Translations under genes and position numbers: made by a program | Sequence record: OP617743.1 | Length of the DNA: 64,000 nucleotides | From: Klebsiella phage KP13-26 | Reading direction: 5' to 3' (one strand) | Shown here: positions 1 through 8,701 of the stretch, one piece after another | Layout: every line of letters begins with the position of its first letter | How positions within the stretch are numbered: position 1 is the first letter of the stretch | The notes under the pieces: model-generated | What the model was told of the DNA's origin: nothing | What the model saw: the letters and a program-made list of their open reading frames with translations, nothing else | Databases searched by the model: none

Positions 1-1
1 A

Positions 2-1024
2 CTGGGGAACTACTTCCTGAGTCGTGGGGATTTAACAGGCGTACCAAGCGTCCTGTATGGTGAAACAGAGAAACGTGCATCACACATCATCTCCACCTAC
101 AAACGTCGTGCGGAGCAGGGCAAGAATACAGGTGTTCTCTTATCCGGTACAAAAGGTAGTGGTAAAACCATGCTGGCTAAAGTAATTAGCCGTAAGCTTG
201 CCGCCGAAGGTTTGCCAGTGATTATGGTAACGCAAGCGTACAGTGATGCCAACTTCATTGAACTGATGAGCAAGATTGCAGAGAAAGCCATCATCATCTT
301 TGATGAGTTTGACAAAGTGTACGAGAAGAAACAGGATCAGGAGGCGCTGTTAACGCTTCTGGATGGAACGGGTAGCGGTAATAAACTATTCATTCTCACG
401 AAGAATAGTGGTTTTATCTCCGAGTTCTTCCTGAACCGTCCGAGCCGTGTTTTCTACAGCTTCAACTATGATAAGATCTCGTTGGAAACAATGCTGGATT
501 ATCTGGATAAGAATCTGGATAATAAGGAGCACCAGGCAAGCTTCCAGCGTCTGTGGGATGTTAGTTTAGAACTCTCCTTTGATGTGATTCAAGGTATTGT
601 AGAAGAGCTTAACTTCTACAAAGACATGACCTTCAAAGCATGTCTGGATATGATGGGTATTTCCCTGGGCGGTGAAGCCAAGTGGGATATCAGTAGTATC
701 ACCGTGAACGGTAAACTGGCAGAAGTGAACTGGGTTAGTAACTGGCATGGATTCAATCCAATGTCATTCCTGAGCGGCATCAAAACCCTTGATGTTTACC
801 TGCGTCCGGCGACGCAGGACAATCAGGAAGCGTTCGAAGAGTGTTCCGCAGTCATCATTGATGATGAAGGTGATCCACGTATTCACCTGAACGCCACGAA
901 GTGGAAAACAGACCTGATTGCAGGTGGTAAACTGGTGGTTTACAGTGATGTGCCAGGTGATAGTTTCCGAATTGTGTTAGAGCCAAGTACGACACGTTCA
1001 GCAAATCTGTCACTGCTTTACTAA
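2..1024 (+). CDS. AAA+ ATPase, 5'-truncated at window edge (possibly clamp-loader-like)
   Basis: Open frame from nt 2. Walker A GTKGSGKT, Walker B IIIFDEFD, sensor-like PSRV. Stop at 1022-1024 is followed by a hairpin terminator. Confidence 0.6.
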   Translation: MGNYFLSRGDLTGVPSVLYGETEKRASHIISTYKRRAEQGKNTGVLLSGTKGSGKTMLAKVISRKLAAEGLPVIMVTQAYSDANFIELMSKIAEKAIIIFDEFDKVYEKKQDQEALLTLLDGTGSGNKLFILTKNSGFISEFFLNRPSRVFYSFNYDKISLETMLDYLDKNLDNKEHQASFQRLWDVSLELSFDVIQGIVEELNFYKDMTFKACLDMMGISLGGEAKWDISSITVNGKLAEVNWVSNWHGFNPMSFLSGIKTLDVYLRPATQDNQEAFEECSAVIIDDEGDPRIHLNATKWKTDLIAGGKLVVYSDVPGDSFRIVLEPSTTRSANLSLLY

Positions 1025-1028
1025 AATA

Positions 1029-1051
1029 AGCCCCGAAAGGGGCTTTCTTTT
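1029..1051 (+). terminator. Rho-independent terminator
   Basis: AGCCCC-GAAA-GGGGCT stem followed by TTCTTTT. Confidence 0.6.
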
Positions 1052-1064
1052 ATGGAGGAAATAA

Positions 1065-1406
1065 ATGAAAGTAGAGGTTGCAGTTGTACGTTGGGAAGAA
1101 GTAGATCTTGTAGAAGCAATGGAGTTTCATCGCATTGCTTGGGACTATGACATTATTACAGGTAACTTTGCAGAACGCTACTATCCTGCGGAGAGCGATG
1201 ATGTTATTCTGGAGATAAACCAAGAGTTAGTTAATACATGGGATGGGAGCAATGACAGCTATCGTATTGCATGGTTGGAGTGTGCTTCCCTATTGCCCGT
1301 TCTTGAAGGTCTGCACGGTAGTGACATTAAGCGTGCAGTGGTACAGTATGTTAAAGACAACATAGAACGTGTTATTGACACAGATAAAACTGGAGGTTAT
1401 TGGTGA
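1065..1406 (+). CDS. hypothetical protein (113 aa)
   Basis: ORF with GGAGG RBS 7 nt upstream of the ATG. Confidence 0.6.
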   Translation: MKVEVAVVRWEEVDLVEAMEFHRIAWDYDIITGNFAERYYPAESDDVILEINQELVNTWDGSNDSYRIAWLECASLLPVLEGLHGSDIKRAVVQYVKDNIERVIDTDKTGGYW

Positions 1407-1627
1407 AATTAACTAAGGAGCAGATGTTTGATTTTATCCTGAACAACGTAGTTACCATTAGGCCAGATAGTGGTTGGTGGACAAGACATGATGAAGAAGG
1501 AAATATTATTGAACGGTATCAGAATAAATATGCTGTGAGCATCAACGAAACGGGTATGATTGGAATGGATCTTGAAGAAGCCATTCAATACTATCATGAC
1601 AATTGCGGGGATAAGGATGAAATTTGA
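1400..1627 (+). CDS. hypothetical small protein
   Basis: ORF overlapping the previous stop. Likely start is GTG 1403 (after GGAGG) or ATG 1424 (after AAGGAG). Confidence 0.45.
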   Translation: MVKLTKEQMFDFILNNVVTIRPDSGWWTRHDEEGNIIERYQNKYAVSINETGMIGMDLEEAIQYYHDNCGDKDEI

Positions 1628-2234
1628 TAACCTAATCGTAGTGGGTATGCGGGACAAAGTGCCGGAAGGTTTTACAGTGGTTAACACTACGAGTCGTGAT
1701 AAAGAAGGATACGGACAGCAACTTAGTCCGTTCTACCTGCGTGATATACCGATGTATGATGGCATCGTAGCCAAGAACATGGAGAATGCGTGGCAGTTTA
1801 GTAAAGTGTACGAAGAGCACGTAGACGAGGATGGTGATCCGACGGAAGCGTATTACACGTGGGCGCGAGCTGGTTGGGCTAACTGGAGAGCGGAACGCTA
1901 CCCTATGGGTAAGGGTAGAAAGCCTTTGTACAGCCTCTGGGACGGCAAGAAACTGGACTACATCTCCGCTCGTCGTAATCTCTACTTCCCAATGTACGCT
2001 CGTGCAGTGGTGCAAACAGAAACGTTCAAAGATCTGTGGAAACGGGTTAACGATGGTGAAAAGATTGCACTATTGGACTTTGACGGCTATCATTACCAAG
2101 AGTTAGGTATGGATTATTATGATGTAATTCATGCTGAGGACAAAAAGTGTGGTCATGGTTTCGTTATCTACGGGTTAATTCAAAGAGAACTAATTCTAAG
2201 TGGCGACCGACTTTTCCTACCAATGCTAGCCTAA
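1617..2234 (+). CDS. NADAR (DUF1768/YbiA-like) domain protein, possible ADP-ribose-processing enzyme
   Basis: Internal ATG 1617 with AAGGA RBS; the N-extension in the ORF track is rejected. Motifs LSPFY...MENAWQFSKVY resemble the NADAR signature (SNF...E-H-Y-Q-K). Confidence 0.4.
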   Translation: MKFDNLIVVGMRDKVPEGFTVVNTTSRDKEGYGQQLSPFYLRDIPMYDGIVAKNMENAWQFSKVYEEHVDEDGDPTEAYYTWARAGWANWRAERYPMGKGRKPLYSLWDGKKLDYISARRNLYFPMYARAVVQTETFKDLWKRVNDGEKIALLDFDGYHYQELGMDYYDVIHAEDKKCGHGFVIYGLIQRELILSGDRLFLPMLA

Positions 2235-2506
2235 CCTGATATTATCTGATATTTTAAAAATTTTCTTTTTAGAATAAAGGGGGTGGGGTTCAATATTTCA
2301 GAGCCTCACCTCTGCCCTACCGATAAGGTTAGAAAGACGTTTTTATAAACCTCTCGCCATATTTAAAATAACAGTTGACTAATTTCGTAAGCTGTTGTAA
2401 TAGACTAAGAATCTGTTTTGATAGACTCTTGAACAATATCCAAGTAAAGTTTTAACAAAGTGTTCAGATTATTTAAAACTTTTGCGGGAGTTACTTTGAA
2501 AATATA

Positions 2507-2632
2507 GCAAACTGAAATTTAAAATTTCCCTAAATTATTTAAAGTTTTTCTGTATCTTACTACAGAAAAAACGTAAACTGAAATTTAAAATTTTCAAAAA
2601 ATTCCCCAATTATTAAAAGTTTTTCAACTTTT
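2507..2632. repeat. Two ~50-bp AT-rich direct repeats (AAACTGAAATTTAAAATTTYC...TTATT-AAAGTTTTTC) in a 480-bp non-coding region
   Basis: Copies at ~2509-2560 and ~2575-2630, seen by eye. Confidence 0.6.
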
Positions 2633-2711
2633 CGATCTGCATTTTTCCAAAAGCAAAATTTAGAATTCTCAAAAATTTGTCAGATGTTAATGAGAACTAT
2701 TATCATGTGTA

Positions 2712-2780
2712 TTGCAAATGATAATCATTCTCATTCGTATTTCGCTTTTATTTGAGAATGAGAATCATTCTTATTTGCAG
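2712..2780 (+). promoter_or_regulatory. Fur-box-like operator pair
   Basis: AATGATAATCATTCTCATT at 2716-2735 matches 15 of 16 positions of the Fur consensus GATAATGATAATCATTATC. A second copy, GAGAATGAGAATCATTCTTATT, is at 2754-2780. Confidence 0.4.
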
Positions 2781-3030
2781 AATGACACGCAGGTTCGGTG
2801 TTTGTCTCGCGATTCCCGTTATCCCTCGCCATGTAGAAATAATAACATAACCAACACTAGGATCAAGCGTCTTTACATTTCTTTACAAAACTATTCAAGG
2901 CGAACTACCGGCGATTCACCTTCCGACCTGGCCCCAGCGCCTGGTACGTTAGCCCCGCCTTTTCGCCGTGGGGTGGCGTGTCCTCTTCTTTATGGATACA
3001 TTATGCCCCATTCCCTGGGACGTGTCAACA

Positions 3031-3300
3031 TTATTTTTGGGCCTTTTGTGCGTCCAGGACGCCACGCCAAAAGGAGATCCGATCCGGTTTATAACCACAC
3101 GCTGAATAGGCCGCGCCGCATATATCCACTACACACATTTTTACCGCCTTTAAGCCGTGTCCGTGGGCTATAACGTTTGATATTGGGAAAGTGTGTAAGT
3201 CTAGGACTTCCATCACGGTTAACCCTGTATCGCTTGCTACCTGGTGAATGGTGCCACCTTGCCAGCCTAGCGCCTTCATTAAATGTTCTGTATTGGTCAT
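3031..3300 (-). CDS. hypothetical protein (89 aa) in a GC-rich island
   Basis: Minus-strand ORF with AGGAG RBS 8 nt upstream. Strand is opposite to the surrounding early genes. Confidence 0.5.
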   Translation of the reverse strand: MTNTEHLMKALGWQGGTIHQVASDTGLTVMEVLDLHTFPISNVIAHGHGLKAVKMCVVDICGAAYSACGYKPDRISFWRGVLDAQKAQK

Positions 3301-3370
3301 TGCTTGATCTCCTGTGAATGTCTAATGAGTATAAGCCAGGGGCGCACATAGTGCAAGCCCCCAGGATCAA

Positions 3371-3547
3371 TTAATTATACAGGGTATCGGCTAACACTTC
3401 CCCGTTTTCCGCTACAACCTTAACCCGATAAAATCCACCGTCCAACATGCGCAGCGCATGAGGCAAGGGGACAGATCGCGCCTGGCAATGGTTAGCGGAT
3501 GTTTCCCAGGTGTACAGCATTACGATAGTGTCGGACGTTGTGATCAT
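3371..3547 (-). CDS. hypothetical small protein (58 aa)
   Basis: Minus-strand ORF below the 60-aa track cutoff. AAGGAAAG RBS. Sequence MITTSDTIVMLYTWETSANHC... Confidence 0.4.
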   Translation of the reverse strand: MITTSDTIVMLYTWETSANHCQARSVPLPHALRMLDGGFYRVKVVAENGEVLADTLYN

Positions 3548-3650
3548 GTTGCTTTCCTTGTTATGCCTCCACCGTGGCGGCTTGATAACTACTATATACT
3601 AATGAAGGTAAAACGCAAGCGAAAAGATTTAGAAAATATTTGCATCCAAG

Positions 3651-3679
3651 TATTGACGCGAGGATCACACCGAGCTATT
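3651..3679 (+). promoter_or_regulatory. sigma70 promoter TTGACG-N17-TATTAT
   Basis: Consensus spacing; drives ORF 3734. Confidence 0.5.
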
Positions 3680-3733
3680 ATTTCCTACACAAGGCGAGGC
3701 GATAGGCGCTGCGCGCACTAGGAAGAAAAGAAA

Positions 3734-3955
3734 ATGGCAACATTACACGTGGTAGTTTATAAACATGCGGTAACGGGTGATGATATGATCCAGGTACTTG
3801 TTAATGGCTTTTGTGAGATGGAAAGAGAAGCCGATTTTAACGGTTATTGTGTTGTATGTGCTTTCCTTGATTCCCTGGTTGAAATGTGCGTGATCACTCA
3901 TGAGCAGCGCGAAGCGAAGATCAACCGCCTGAAAAAACTTTTAGATATCGAATAA
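3734..3955 (+). CDS. hypothetical early protein (73 aa)
   Basis: ORF with AGGAAG RBS. Confidence 0.6.
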   Translation: MATLHVVVYKHAVTGDDMIQVLVNGFCEMEREADFNGYCVVCAFLDSLVEMCVITHEQREAKINRLKKLLDIE

Positions 3956-3962
3956 AAACCAC

Positions 3963-3990
3963 TTGACAGATTCGCACAGTAACGTATAAT
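3963..3990 (+). promoter_or_regulatory. sigma70 promoter TTGACA-N16-TATAAT
   Basis: Consensus hexamers. Confidence 0.65.
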
Positions 3991-4004
3991 TCACTTCATA
4001 GGCA

Positions 4005-4021
4005 GCGGGAATGGTTCCCGC
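4005..4021 (+). repeat. Leader palindrome GCGGGAATGGTTCCCGC (copy 1)
   Basis: Perfect inverted repeat between the promoter and the RBS. Confidence 0.7.
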
Positions 4022-4044
4022 GCCGATACAAAGAGATTAAAATT

Positions 4045-4581
4045 ATGTCTGACATCATTGAAACTTTCAAATTCTCCCGTAATAACATTGATTTTACTGT
4101 TAGCGTAGTATGTACACAATATTACAATGGATTCGATGATCAATGGAAGATGACCGATACCCATAAGGGCGGCGTAACTATCAAAAACGCTGATGCCGGG
4201 TGGAATGGTTATAAATATGCTATTCCCCAGCAAACTACCCTGGCAGAACTAGCAAGCGCATACGCGGCGCAGGGGCGCGAAAATCCTAGCCGTGAAGCCT
4301 ATGAAAGTCTACAGCGGCAATTATCGCGCGATATTAATGCGAGTGATTACTATTTCAAGGTTGACGCTAGGGCCGGATCTCATATCCTGTTAGATGGTGA
4401 AGTATTTTGTTGCTGTTTTGATTATTCTTACGATGATGAGGGATCATTGTTAGACGTCGCTAAAGAAGTGTGGAAAGAGTACAACGGAGAAGATGAAGCC
4501 CTGGAAGCGGCAACAAAAGCGGCGCGTGACCTCCTGGCAGGCGTAGACGTGTTGAAAAGTATTGTTGAAAACGCGCAATAA
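4045..4581 (+). CDS. hypothetical early protein (178 aa)
   Basis: ORF with AGAGA RBS. Confidence 0.65.
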   Translation: MSDIIETFKFSRNNIDFTVSVVCTQYYNGFDDQWKMTDTHKGGVTIKNADAGWNGYKYAIPQQTTLAELASAYAAQGRENPSREAYESLQRQLSRDINASDYYFKVDARAGSHILLDGEVFCCCFDYSYDDEGSLLDVAKEVWKEYNGEDEALEAATKAARDLLAGVDVLKSIVENAQ

Positions 4582-4584
4582 TAC

Positions 4585-4613
4585 TTGACGCGCCCAAGGA
4601 AAGGGCGCATAAT
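4585..4613 (+). promoter_or_regulatory. sigma70 promoter TTGACG-N17-CATAAT with GCGCCC-N7-GGGCGC palindrome in the spacer
   Basis: The same promoter architecture recurs at 5988, 11658 and 11965. Confidence 0.6.
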
Positions 4614-4643
4614 TCCTCTACACCAACAAAAGAGATTTGAAAA

Positions 4644-4934
4644 ATGAAAATTTCAGAGAACAAAGATCTAATTTTCACCGTTAAAAATTATATACGTTAC
4701 CCATATGAATTTGGCGGATATCCGAAAATTTTAATTATGCGTGATGGTAGTTGCCTTTGCTCAAAGTGTACGCATGAAAATTTTCCCCGCCTATTGGAAG
4801 AATTAAGAGATGAGAGTGATCTAGCATGGATGCCCGCCGACGTGGATATTTTCTGGGAAGGTGCGGATTTCCCGTGTGGTAATTGCCAGACTCCGATCCA
4901 TAGTGCATATGGAGATCCCGAAGAAGAAGAATAA
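4644..4934 (+). CDS. hypothetical protein with CxxC...CxxC (96 aa)
   Basis: ORF containing CSKC and CGNC pairs. Confidence 0.6.
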   Translation: MKISENKDLIFTVKNYIRYPYEFGGYPKILIMRDGSCLCSKCTHENFPRLLEELRDESDLAWMPADVDIFWEGADFPCGNCQTPIHSAYGDPEEEE

Positions 4935-4937
4935 ATA

Positions 4938-4965
4938 TTGACAAGCATCTAAAAGATAGTAAACT
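4938..4965 (+). promoter_or_regulatory. sigma70 promoter TTGACA-N16-TAAACT
   Basis: Hexamers followed by the leader palindrome. Confidence 0.5.
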
Positions 4966-4977
4966 GTTAATCAAAGG

Positions 4978-4994
4978 GCGGGAATGGTTCCCGC
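4978..4994 (+). repeat. Leader palindrome GCGGGAATGGTTCCCGC (copy 2)
   Basis: Identical 17-mer. Confidence 0.7.
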
Positions 4995-5016
4995 GCCTCA
5001 CCAAAGGTAGAAGATT

Positions 5017-5163
5017 ATGAAACAACGTGTAATGAAAATCCATACCAATACCGGATCAACCGTTGTCACTCCCTCCCGTTTCGCTATCGCAAGCCGTTGC
5101 GCTCGTTTGAAACGTGAGTTAAAATCTAACCAGGGCGCGGGGTTTACCAGATGGGGGAAATAA
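5017..5163 (+). CDS. hypothetical small basic protein (48 aa)
   Basis: Sub-cutoff ORF with AAGGTAGAAG RBS. Confidence 0.45.
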   Translation: MKQRVMKIHTNTGSTVVTPSRFAIASRCARLKRELKSNQGAGFTRWGK

Positions 5164-5170
5164 TAACGCA

Positions 5171-5431
5171 ATGAAACCACTGTTTTTAAGCTGTGAGGGC
5201 GAGGTGATCGCCTTCATGGATTCAACAGCCTACGATCTGGCACGGTATGCAATGACGTTTAGAGGGAACGTATATAAAAGGAATGGCGGAGGATATACTA
5301 TCTTTAATCATCGCAATGCCGAGGTAAAGGACGTCACAAGGGTGGATTTAGGGAAGTACCGGATCGGGTGGATGCCATCACGTGATGCGGCAAGCCTTTA
5401 CCGTGTGTGTGAGTTAGTAACGAGGGGCTAA
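5171..5431 (+). CDS. hypothetical protein (86 aa)
   Basis: ORF. Confidence 0.55.
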   Translation: MKPLFLSCEGEVIAFMDSTAYDLARYAMTFRGNVYKRNGGGYTIFNHRNAEVKDVTRVDLGKYRIGWMPSRDAASLYRVCELVTRG

Positions 5432-5434
5432 CCT

Positions 5435-5983
5435 ATGGGGCGCGAGCATGTTGTGCAATCTTGGGTAAAACATGATGAGGATGATTGGAGGGTGATCCCT
5501 CCTCACCTCCTAGACACTGCCAGCGGATACAGTGGCGAGCAAGTGGGGCAACGTGTAGCCCGTAACAACGGGAACACGGCGATTCGCGCCACGATTCCTG
5601 GTTGGCTGCCAAATGGCCGCGCCGACATTGCAGGGGCGGCAGATCCGGCAGATGAAGCAAAAGGTGATCCGCTACTGCTAGTAGATCCAGCGTTTAAGAC
5701 GCTTTTAGAGTACCCTGGCAAGGTGGCGGCGCTGGAGGCTGCGCATAGGGCGGGTAAATTGCCGGATAGCTTATATCGTAGCGCCTTGCGCGTCTTAGAC
5801 GTGAAAGCAGATAAGGCACAGCGCAAGATCGACAAGCTGGCGGGATCTGTCCTCCTGGAGGAAGAGAACGCGCCAGATGAGGAGCCGGAATTGATTCCGG
5901 TAGTCCTGGAGGAGGACGCGATCACGCCGTATCATCCTACACCGGAAGAGGCGGAGCAAGCCTTACGAAATTATTTTAAATAA
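5435..5983 (+). CDS. hypothetical protein (182 aa)
   Basis: ORF with GAGGGG RBS. The long antisense ORF at 5503-5925 is rejected. Confidence 0.6.
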   Translation: MGREHVVQSWVKHDEDDWRVIPPHLLDTASGYSGEQVGQRVARNNGNTAIRATIPGWLPNGRADIAGAADPADEAKGDPLLLVDPAFKTLLEYPGKVAALEAAHRAGKLPDSLYRSALRVLDVKADKAQRKIDKLAGSVLLEEENAPDEEPELIPVVLEEDAITPYHPTPEEAEQALRNYFK

Positions 5984-5987
5984 AGGA

Positions 5988-6016
5988 TTGACAAGCGCCC
6001 AAGAGGGGCGCATAAT
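5988..6016 (+). promoter_or_regulatory. sigma70 promoter TTGACA-N17-CATAAT with GCGCCC/GGGCGC spacer palindrome
   Basis: As the 4585 promoter. Confidence 0.6.
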
Positions 6017-6062
6017 TCATCACATAGGGCGGCAATGACGCCGACACCAAAGAGGATAGATT

Positions 6063-6179
6063 ATGTTAATCAAGAAAGAAAACTGTTTTTTCACTGGTAT
6101 TATCAATGCGCTGATCCTTTCGGTTCCATTGTGGGTAGTTATCGGTTTTACTTTGTGGTTAGTATCGAAAGCAGCGTAA
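6063..6179 (+). CDS. small membrane protein (38 aa)
   Basis: Hydrophobic sub-cutoff ORF with AGAGGA RBS. Confidence 0.4.
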   Translation: MLIKKENCFFTGIINALILSVPLWVVIGFTLWLVSKAA

Positions 6180-6187
6180 AAAAGTAG

Positions 6188-6216
6188 TTGACAGGCAGAT
6201 CCAAAGGGTCTAATAT
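6188..6216 (+). promoter_or_regulatory. sigma70 promoter TTGACA-N17-TAATAT
   Basis: Hexamers followed by a GGCGG...CCGCC leader hairpin. Confidence 0.55.
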
Positions 6217-6269
6217 TCATATCAAGGCGGGGAGATAGGCGAACCGCCAAAGCTGAAAAGGTTGGCATT

Positions 6270-6509
6270 ATGGCAAAGTCAAAAGGTTTTAACGGTCACA
6301 AAAACTGGAATCATTGGAATGTTGCATTATGGATCAATAATGATGAGGGATTATACCGCTATGCAATCGGGTTAATCAATGAGTGCAGTAGCAAGGATGA
6401 GGCCGCGGATCTGATGTGCTACCGTCTTGCGCAAGATGGCATCACCAAAACACCGGACGGCGCGCCGTACAGCAAAACCACGATCCGCGCTGCAATGGTT
6501 GGAATGTAG
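6270..6509 (+). CDS. hypothetical protein (79 aa)
   Basis: ORF. Confidence 0.55.
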   Translation: MAKSKGFNGHKNWNHWNVALWINNDEGLYRYAIGLINECSSKDEAADLMCYRLAQDGITKTPDGAPYSKTTIRAAMVGM

Positions 6510-6536
6510 AAAAATCGTCAATCTTATAAAATAAGG

Positions 6537-6565
6537 TTGACAACCTTCTAAAATAAAGTAAACTG
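6537..6565 (+). promoter_or_regulatory. sigma70 promoter TTGACA-N16-TAAACT
   Basis: Hexamers. Confidence 0.5.
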
Positions 6566-6573
6566 TTAATCAA

Positions 6574-6592
6574 GGCGGGAATGATTCCCGCC
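6574..6592 (+). repeat. Leader palindrome GGCGGGAATGATTCCCGCC (copy 3, variant)
   Basis: Inverted repeat. Confidence 0.65.
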
Positions 6593-6611
6593 ACAACAAA
6601 GAGAGAAAATT

Positions 6612-6773
6612 ATGATTGCCATGAATACTCGCGAAGCCGCTCGCAACGTAGCCCGTAAAGTTAACGCCGTTGCACCTGCTAAATTGAAAGCACCAGTGAA
6701 AGGCGAAAACGGCTGGATCTTCCCTGGCTTGTCTCATAACGATGGCAAAGGCACCTTGAGCCTGAAAAAATAA
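6612..6773 (+). CDS. hypothetical small protein (53 aa)
   Basis: Sub-cutoff ORF with AGAGAGAAAA RBS. Confidence 0.45.
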   Translation: MIAMNTREAARNVARKVNAVAPAKLKAPVKGENGWIFPGLSHNDGKGTLSLKK

Positions 6774-6782
6774 GGGTATACC

Positions 6783-6938
6783 ATGACAAAAGATCAAGCT
6801 TTAAAAATGTTATCCGAAGCACTGACAGCAGCAACCGAAAGTGGATTACTTGACGATGAAATGTTAGGTGCGGTAGCAAACGCCGAAAGCATTAATGATT
6901 TTTGTGATGCGGTGGCGTACTTAGAAAATAGTTGTTGA
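6783..6938 (+). CDS. hypothetical small acidic protein (51 aa)
   Basis: Sub-cutoff ORF. Confidence 0.4.
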   Translation: MTKDQALKMLSEALTAATESGLLDDEMLGAVANAESINDFCDAVAYLENSC

Positions 6939-6963
6939 CTTTTCGTTATGCCGTGCTATCATG
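6935..6963 (+). promoter_or_regulatory. sigma70 promoter TTGACT-N16-TATCAT with a hairpin over the -10
   Basis: GTTGACTTTTCGTTAT motif shared with the 7277 promoter. Confidence 0.55.
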
Positions 6964-7026
6964 TACGGCATAGAGAAAAAGAAACATCCGGCAATAATGC
7001 CTATATCATCAATAAAGGAGATACAC

Positions 7027-7272
7027 ATGACAACTACTAACCTGCTGAAAACCCCGCGTATCGGTGATTCTGTATTCATTGGTTTTGCCACTAATGGCGA
7101 CGGCAAAATGGTTAAGGGTGGCGCTGAAATTCCGTTCGATAAGGTGGCGGCAATCTACGCCGAAACTTCCACCACTAAGGACGGTAAAACCATGCATCAT
7201 GTACGCACAGCGAGCGGCGACGCGGTTGCAGTGATCGGTTGTTCAAAAAACTACTGGCACGCTGTTAAATAA
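7027..7272 (+). CDS. hypothetical protein (82 aa)
   Basis: Internal ATG with AAGGAG RBS; the track extension from 6961 is rejected. Confidence 0.55.
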   Translation: MTTTNLLKTPRIGDSVFIGFATNGDGKMVKGGAEIPFDKVAAIYAETSTTKDGKTMHHVRTASGDAVAVIGCSKNYWHAVK

Positions 7273-7276
7273 GCAG

Positions 7277-7304
7277 TTGACTTTTCGTTATAGCGTCCTA
7301 TAAT
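7277..7304 (+). promoter_or_regulatory. sigma70 promoter TTGACT-N16-TATAAT
   Basis: Hexamers. Confidence 0.6.
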
Positions 7305-7346
7305 GGGCGCTATAGAGAAGAGAAACCACGTTAAACAGGTGAAATC

Positions 7347-7508
7347 ATGACCAACAAAGATAAAGCAACTATTCGCGCACATTACCCGCATTTAACCTTA
7401 CGGTTTAAAGCTGATGGATCTGTAATGGCGTCCAGTGGGCGCGGGTACGCTTACGGGTTATTGTATACAGCAGAGCAAGCACAAGCACACTTAAATTCAG
7501 TAAAATAA
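7347..7508 (+). CDS. hypothetical small protein (53 aa)
   Basis: Sub-cutoff ORF. Confidence 0.4.
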   Translation: MTNKDKATIRAHYPHLTLRFKADGSVMASSGRGYAYGLLYTAEQAQAHLNSVK

Positions 7509-7538
7509 GTTGACTTTCTGTAATGGCTGTTAGATAAT
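7509..7538 (+). promoter_or_regulatory. sigma70 promoter TTGACT-N17-GATAAT
   Basis: Hexamers with a palindrome over the -10. Confidence 0.5.
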
Positions 7539-7583
7539 ACAGCCATTGAAGAGAGAAACCAAACAATCTAACGAGGTGATAAA

Positions 7584-7805
7584 ATGGTTACATTTGCAAT
7601 TATTTCCCTGGTGGCTGGCAACGTGTTTATCAATGACACTTTCCCGGCAGATGATAGCAAGCCCGGCGAGATCAGCACAGCTTATGCAGATTGTAAAGCC
7701 GCCGAACGTATGTTATCGCCTTGCTTGCTGATGAGTGAGCGAGACGACGGGAAAATCGTATTCACCAACGTTGAAACCTGGTATCAATTAGTAGTTGCAA
7801 AATAA
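7584..7805 (+). CDS. hypothetical protein (73 aa)
   Basis: ORF with GAGG RBS. Confidence 0.55.
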   Translation: MVTFAIISLVAGNVFINDTFPADDSKPGEISTAYADCKAAERMLSPCLLMSERDDGKIVFTNVETWYQLVVAK

Positions 7806-7853
7806 ATTTCATCTGATAGAATACTGACATCACTTAAGTAAAAGGGCAATAAC

Positions 7854-8081
7854 ATGAAACGCAAAATCACTATTTCTTATGAGTGGACGCAAGCAGATGG
7901 TAGTGAAGTACTGGATCACCACAAAGAGTACTTGGAAGAGTCAGCCGATGATCGTATCCGCGAACAGATTGCAGTAGGTTGTATTGAGGGGCAATTGCTC
8001 GACAACATCCACACGCAGGAAGATCCCGACGACCACGAAGGGACAGAGTATAAAGGTTGGTGGACTTTAATTACCGAGTAA
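7854..8081 (+). CDS. hypothetical acidic protein (75 aa)
   Basis: ORF with AAGGG RBS. Confidence 0.55.
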   Translation: MKRKITISYEWTQADGSEVLDHHKEYLEESADDRIREQIAVGCIEGQLLDNIHTQEDPDDHEGTEYKGWWTLITE

Positions 8082-8165
8082 AATTAGTGGAAAAATAAAT
8101 TTAGTTCTGTATAATGTTTTACATAGAGACGGGAAACACCTTTTCCCACTAATTAAGGAAAACAA

Positions 8166-8438
8166 ATGAAACTCTTAACTTCTTCTGAAATTCACACTAT
8201 ACTGACAACCAATATCCAAGATTGGAAAAAGTATGCAGATATCGAAAATGTTCAGGATCTTAATAGTTCATTAAAAGATACTGATGTTTTATATATTTTG
8301 GTATCACCTGATTTTTATGATGATATTAATGATGTAGAGCAGGAACTTGAATCCGTATTGGATAAGCATTTTTTACCGTTCAATCGTGATTTTAAACGAG
8401 AATCATATATTTTGATGCATAACATTTACAATAAGTAA
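8166..8438 (+). CDS. hypothetical protein (90 aa)
   Basis: ORF with AAGGAA RBS. Confidence 0.55.
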   Translation: MKLLTSSEIHTILTTNIQDWKKYADIENVQDLNSSLKDTDVLYILVSPDFYDDINDVEQELESVLDKHFLPFNRDFKRESYILMHNIYNK

Positions 8439-8456
8439 AATAAATTACAAGTTCTA

Positions 8457-8484
8457 TTGACATTATTTGGTAGTACTTTATAAT
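8457..8484 (+). promoter_or_regulatory. sigma70 promoter TTGACA-N16-TATAAT
   Basis: Hexamers. Confidence 0.6.
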
Positions 8485-8536
8485 ACTTACCTACAGACAG
8501 ATAGTCTGTTCTTATTTGACTACAACAGAGTAATGA

Positions 8537-8689
8537 AATGAATCCCAAGCATAAAATGATGATGGAAGCAAGCCGTTTTATCAATAAAACAGAAAAAAGA
8601 AAATGTTTTGTTTTATGTCTAATAACGCTTGCAATTGGTTTGGCTTGTGTTATTATTACTTACGCTGATTTATCAAATACCACTAAATA
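8537..8689 (+). CDS. small membrane protein (50 aa)
   Basis: Sub-cutoff ORF with a C-terminal transmembrane segment. Confidence 0.4.
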
Positions 8690-8701
8690 AGAGATAAGAT
8701 T

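Noticed and set aside
2712-3173. 153-aa plus-strand ORF spanning the Fur-box and GC-rich region
   Set aside because: It has no RBS, Pro/Arg-rich low-complexity composition, and overlaps better-supported minus-strand genes. It is likely non-coding.
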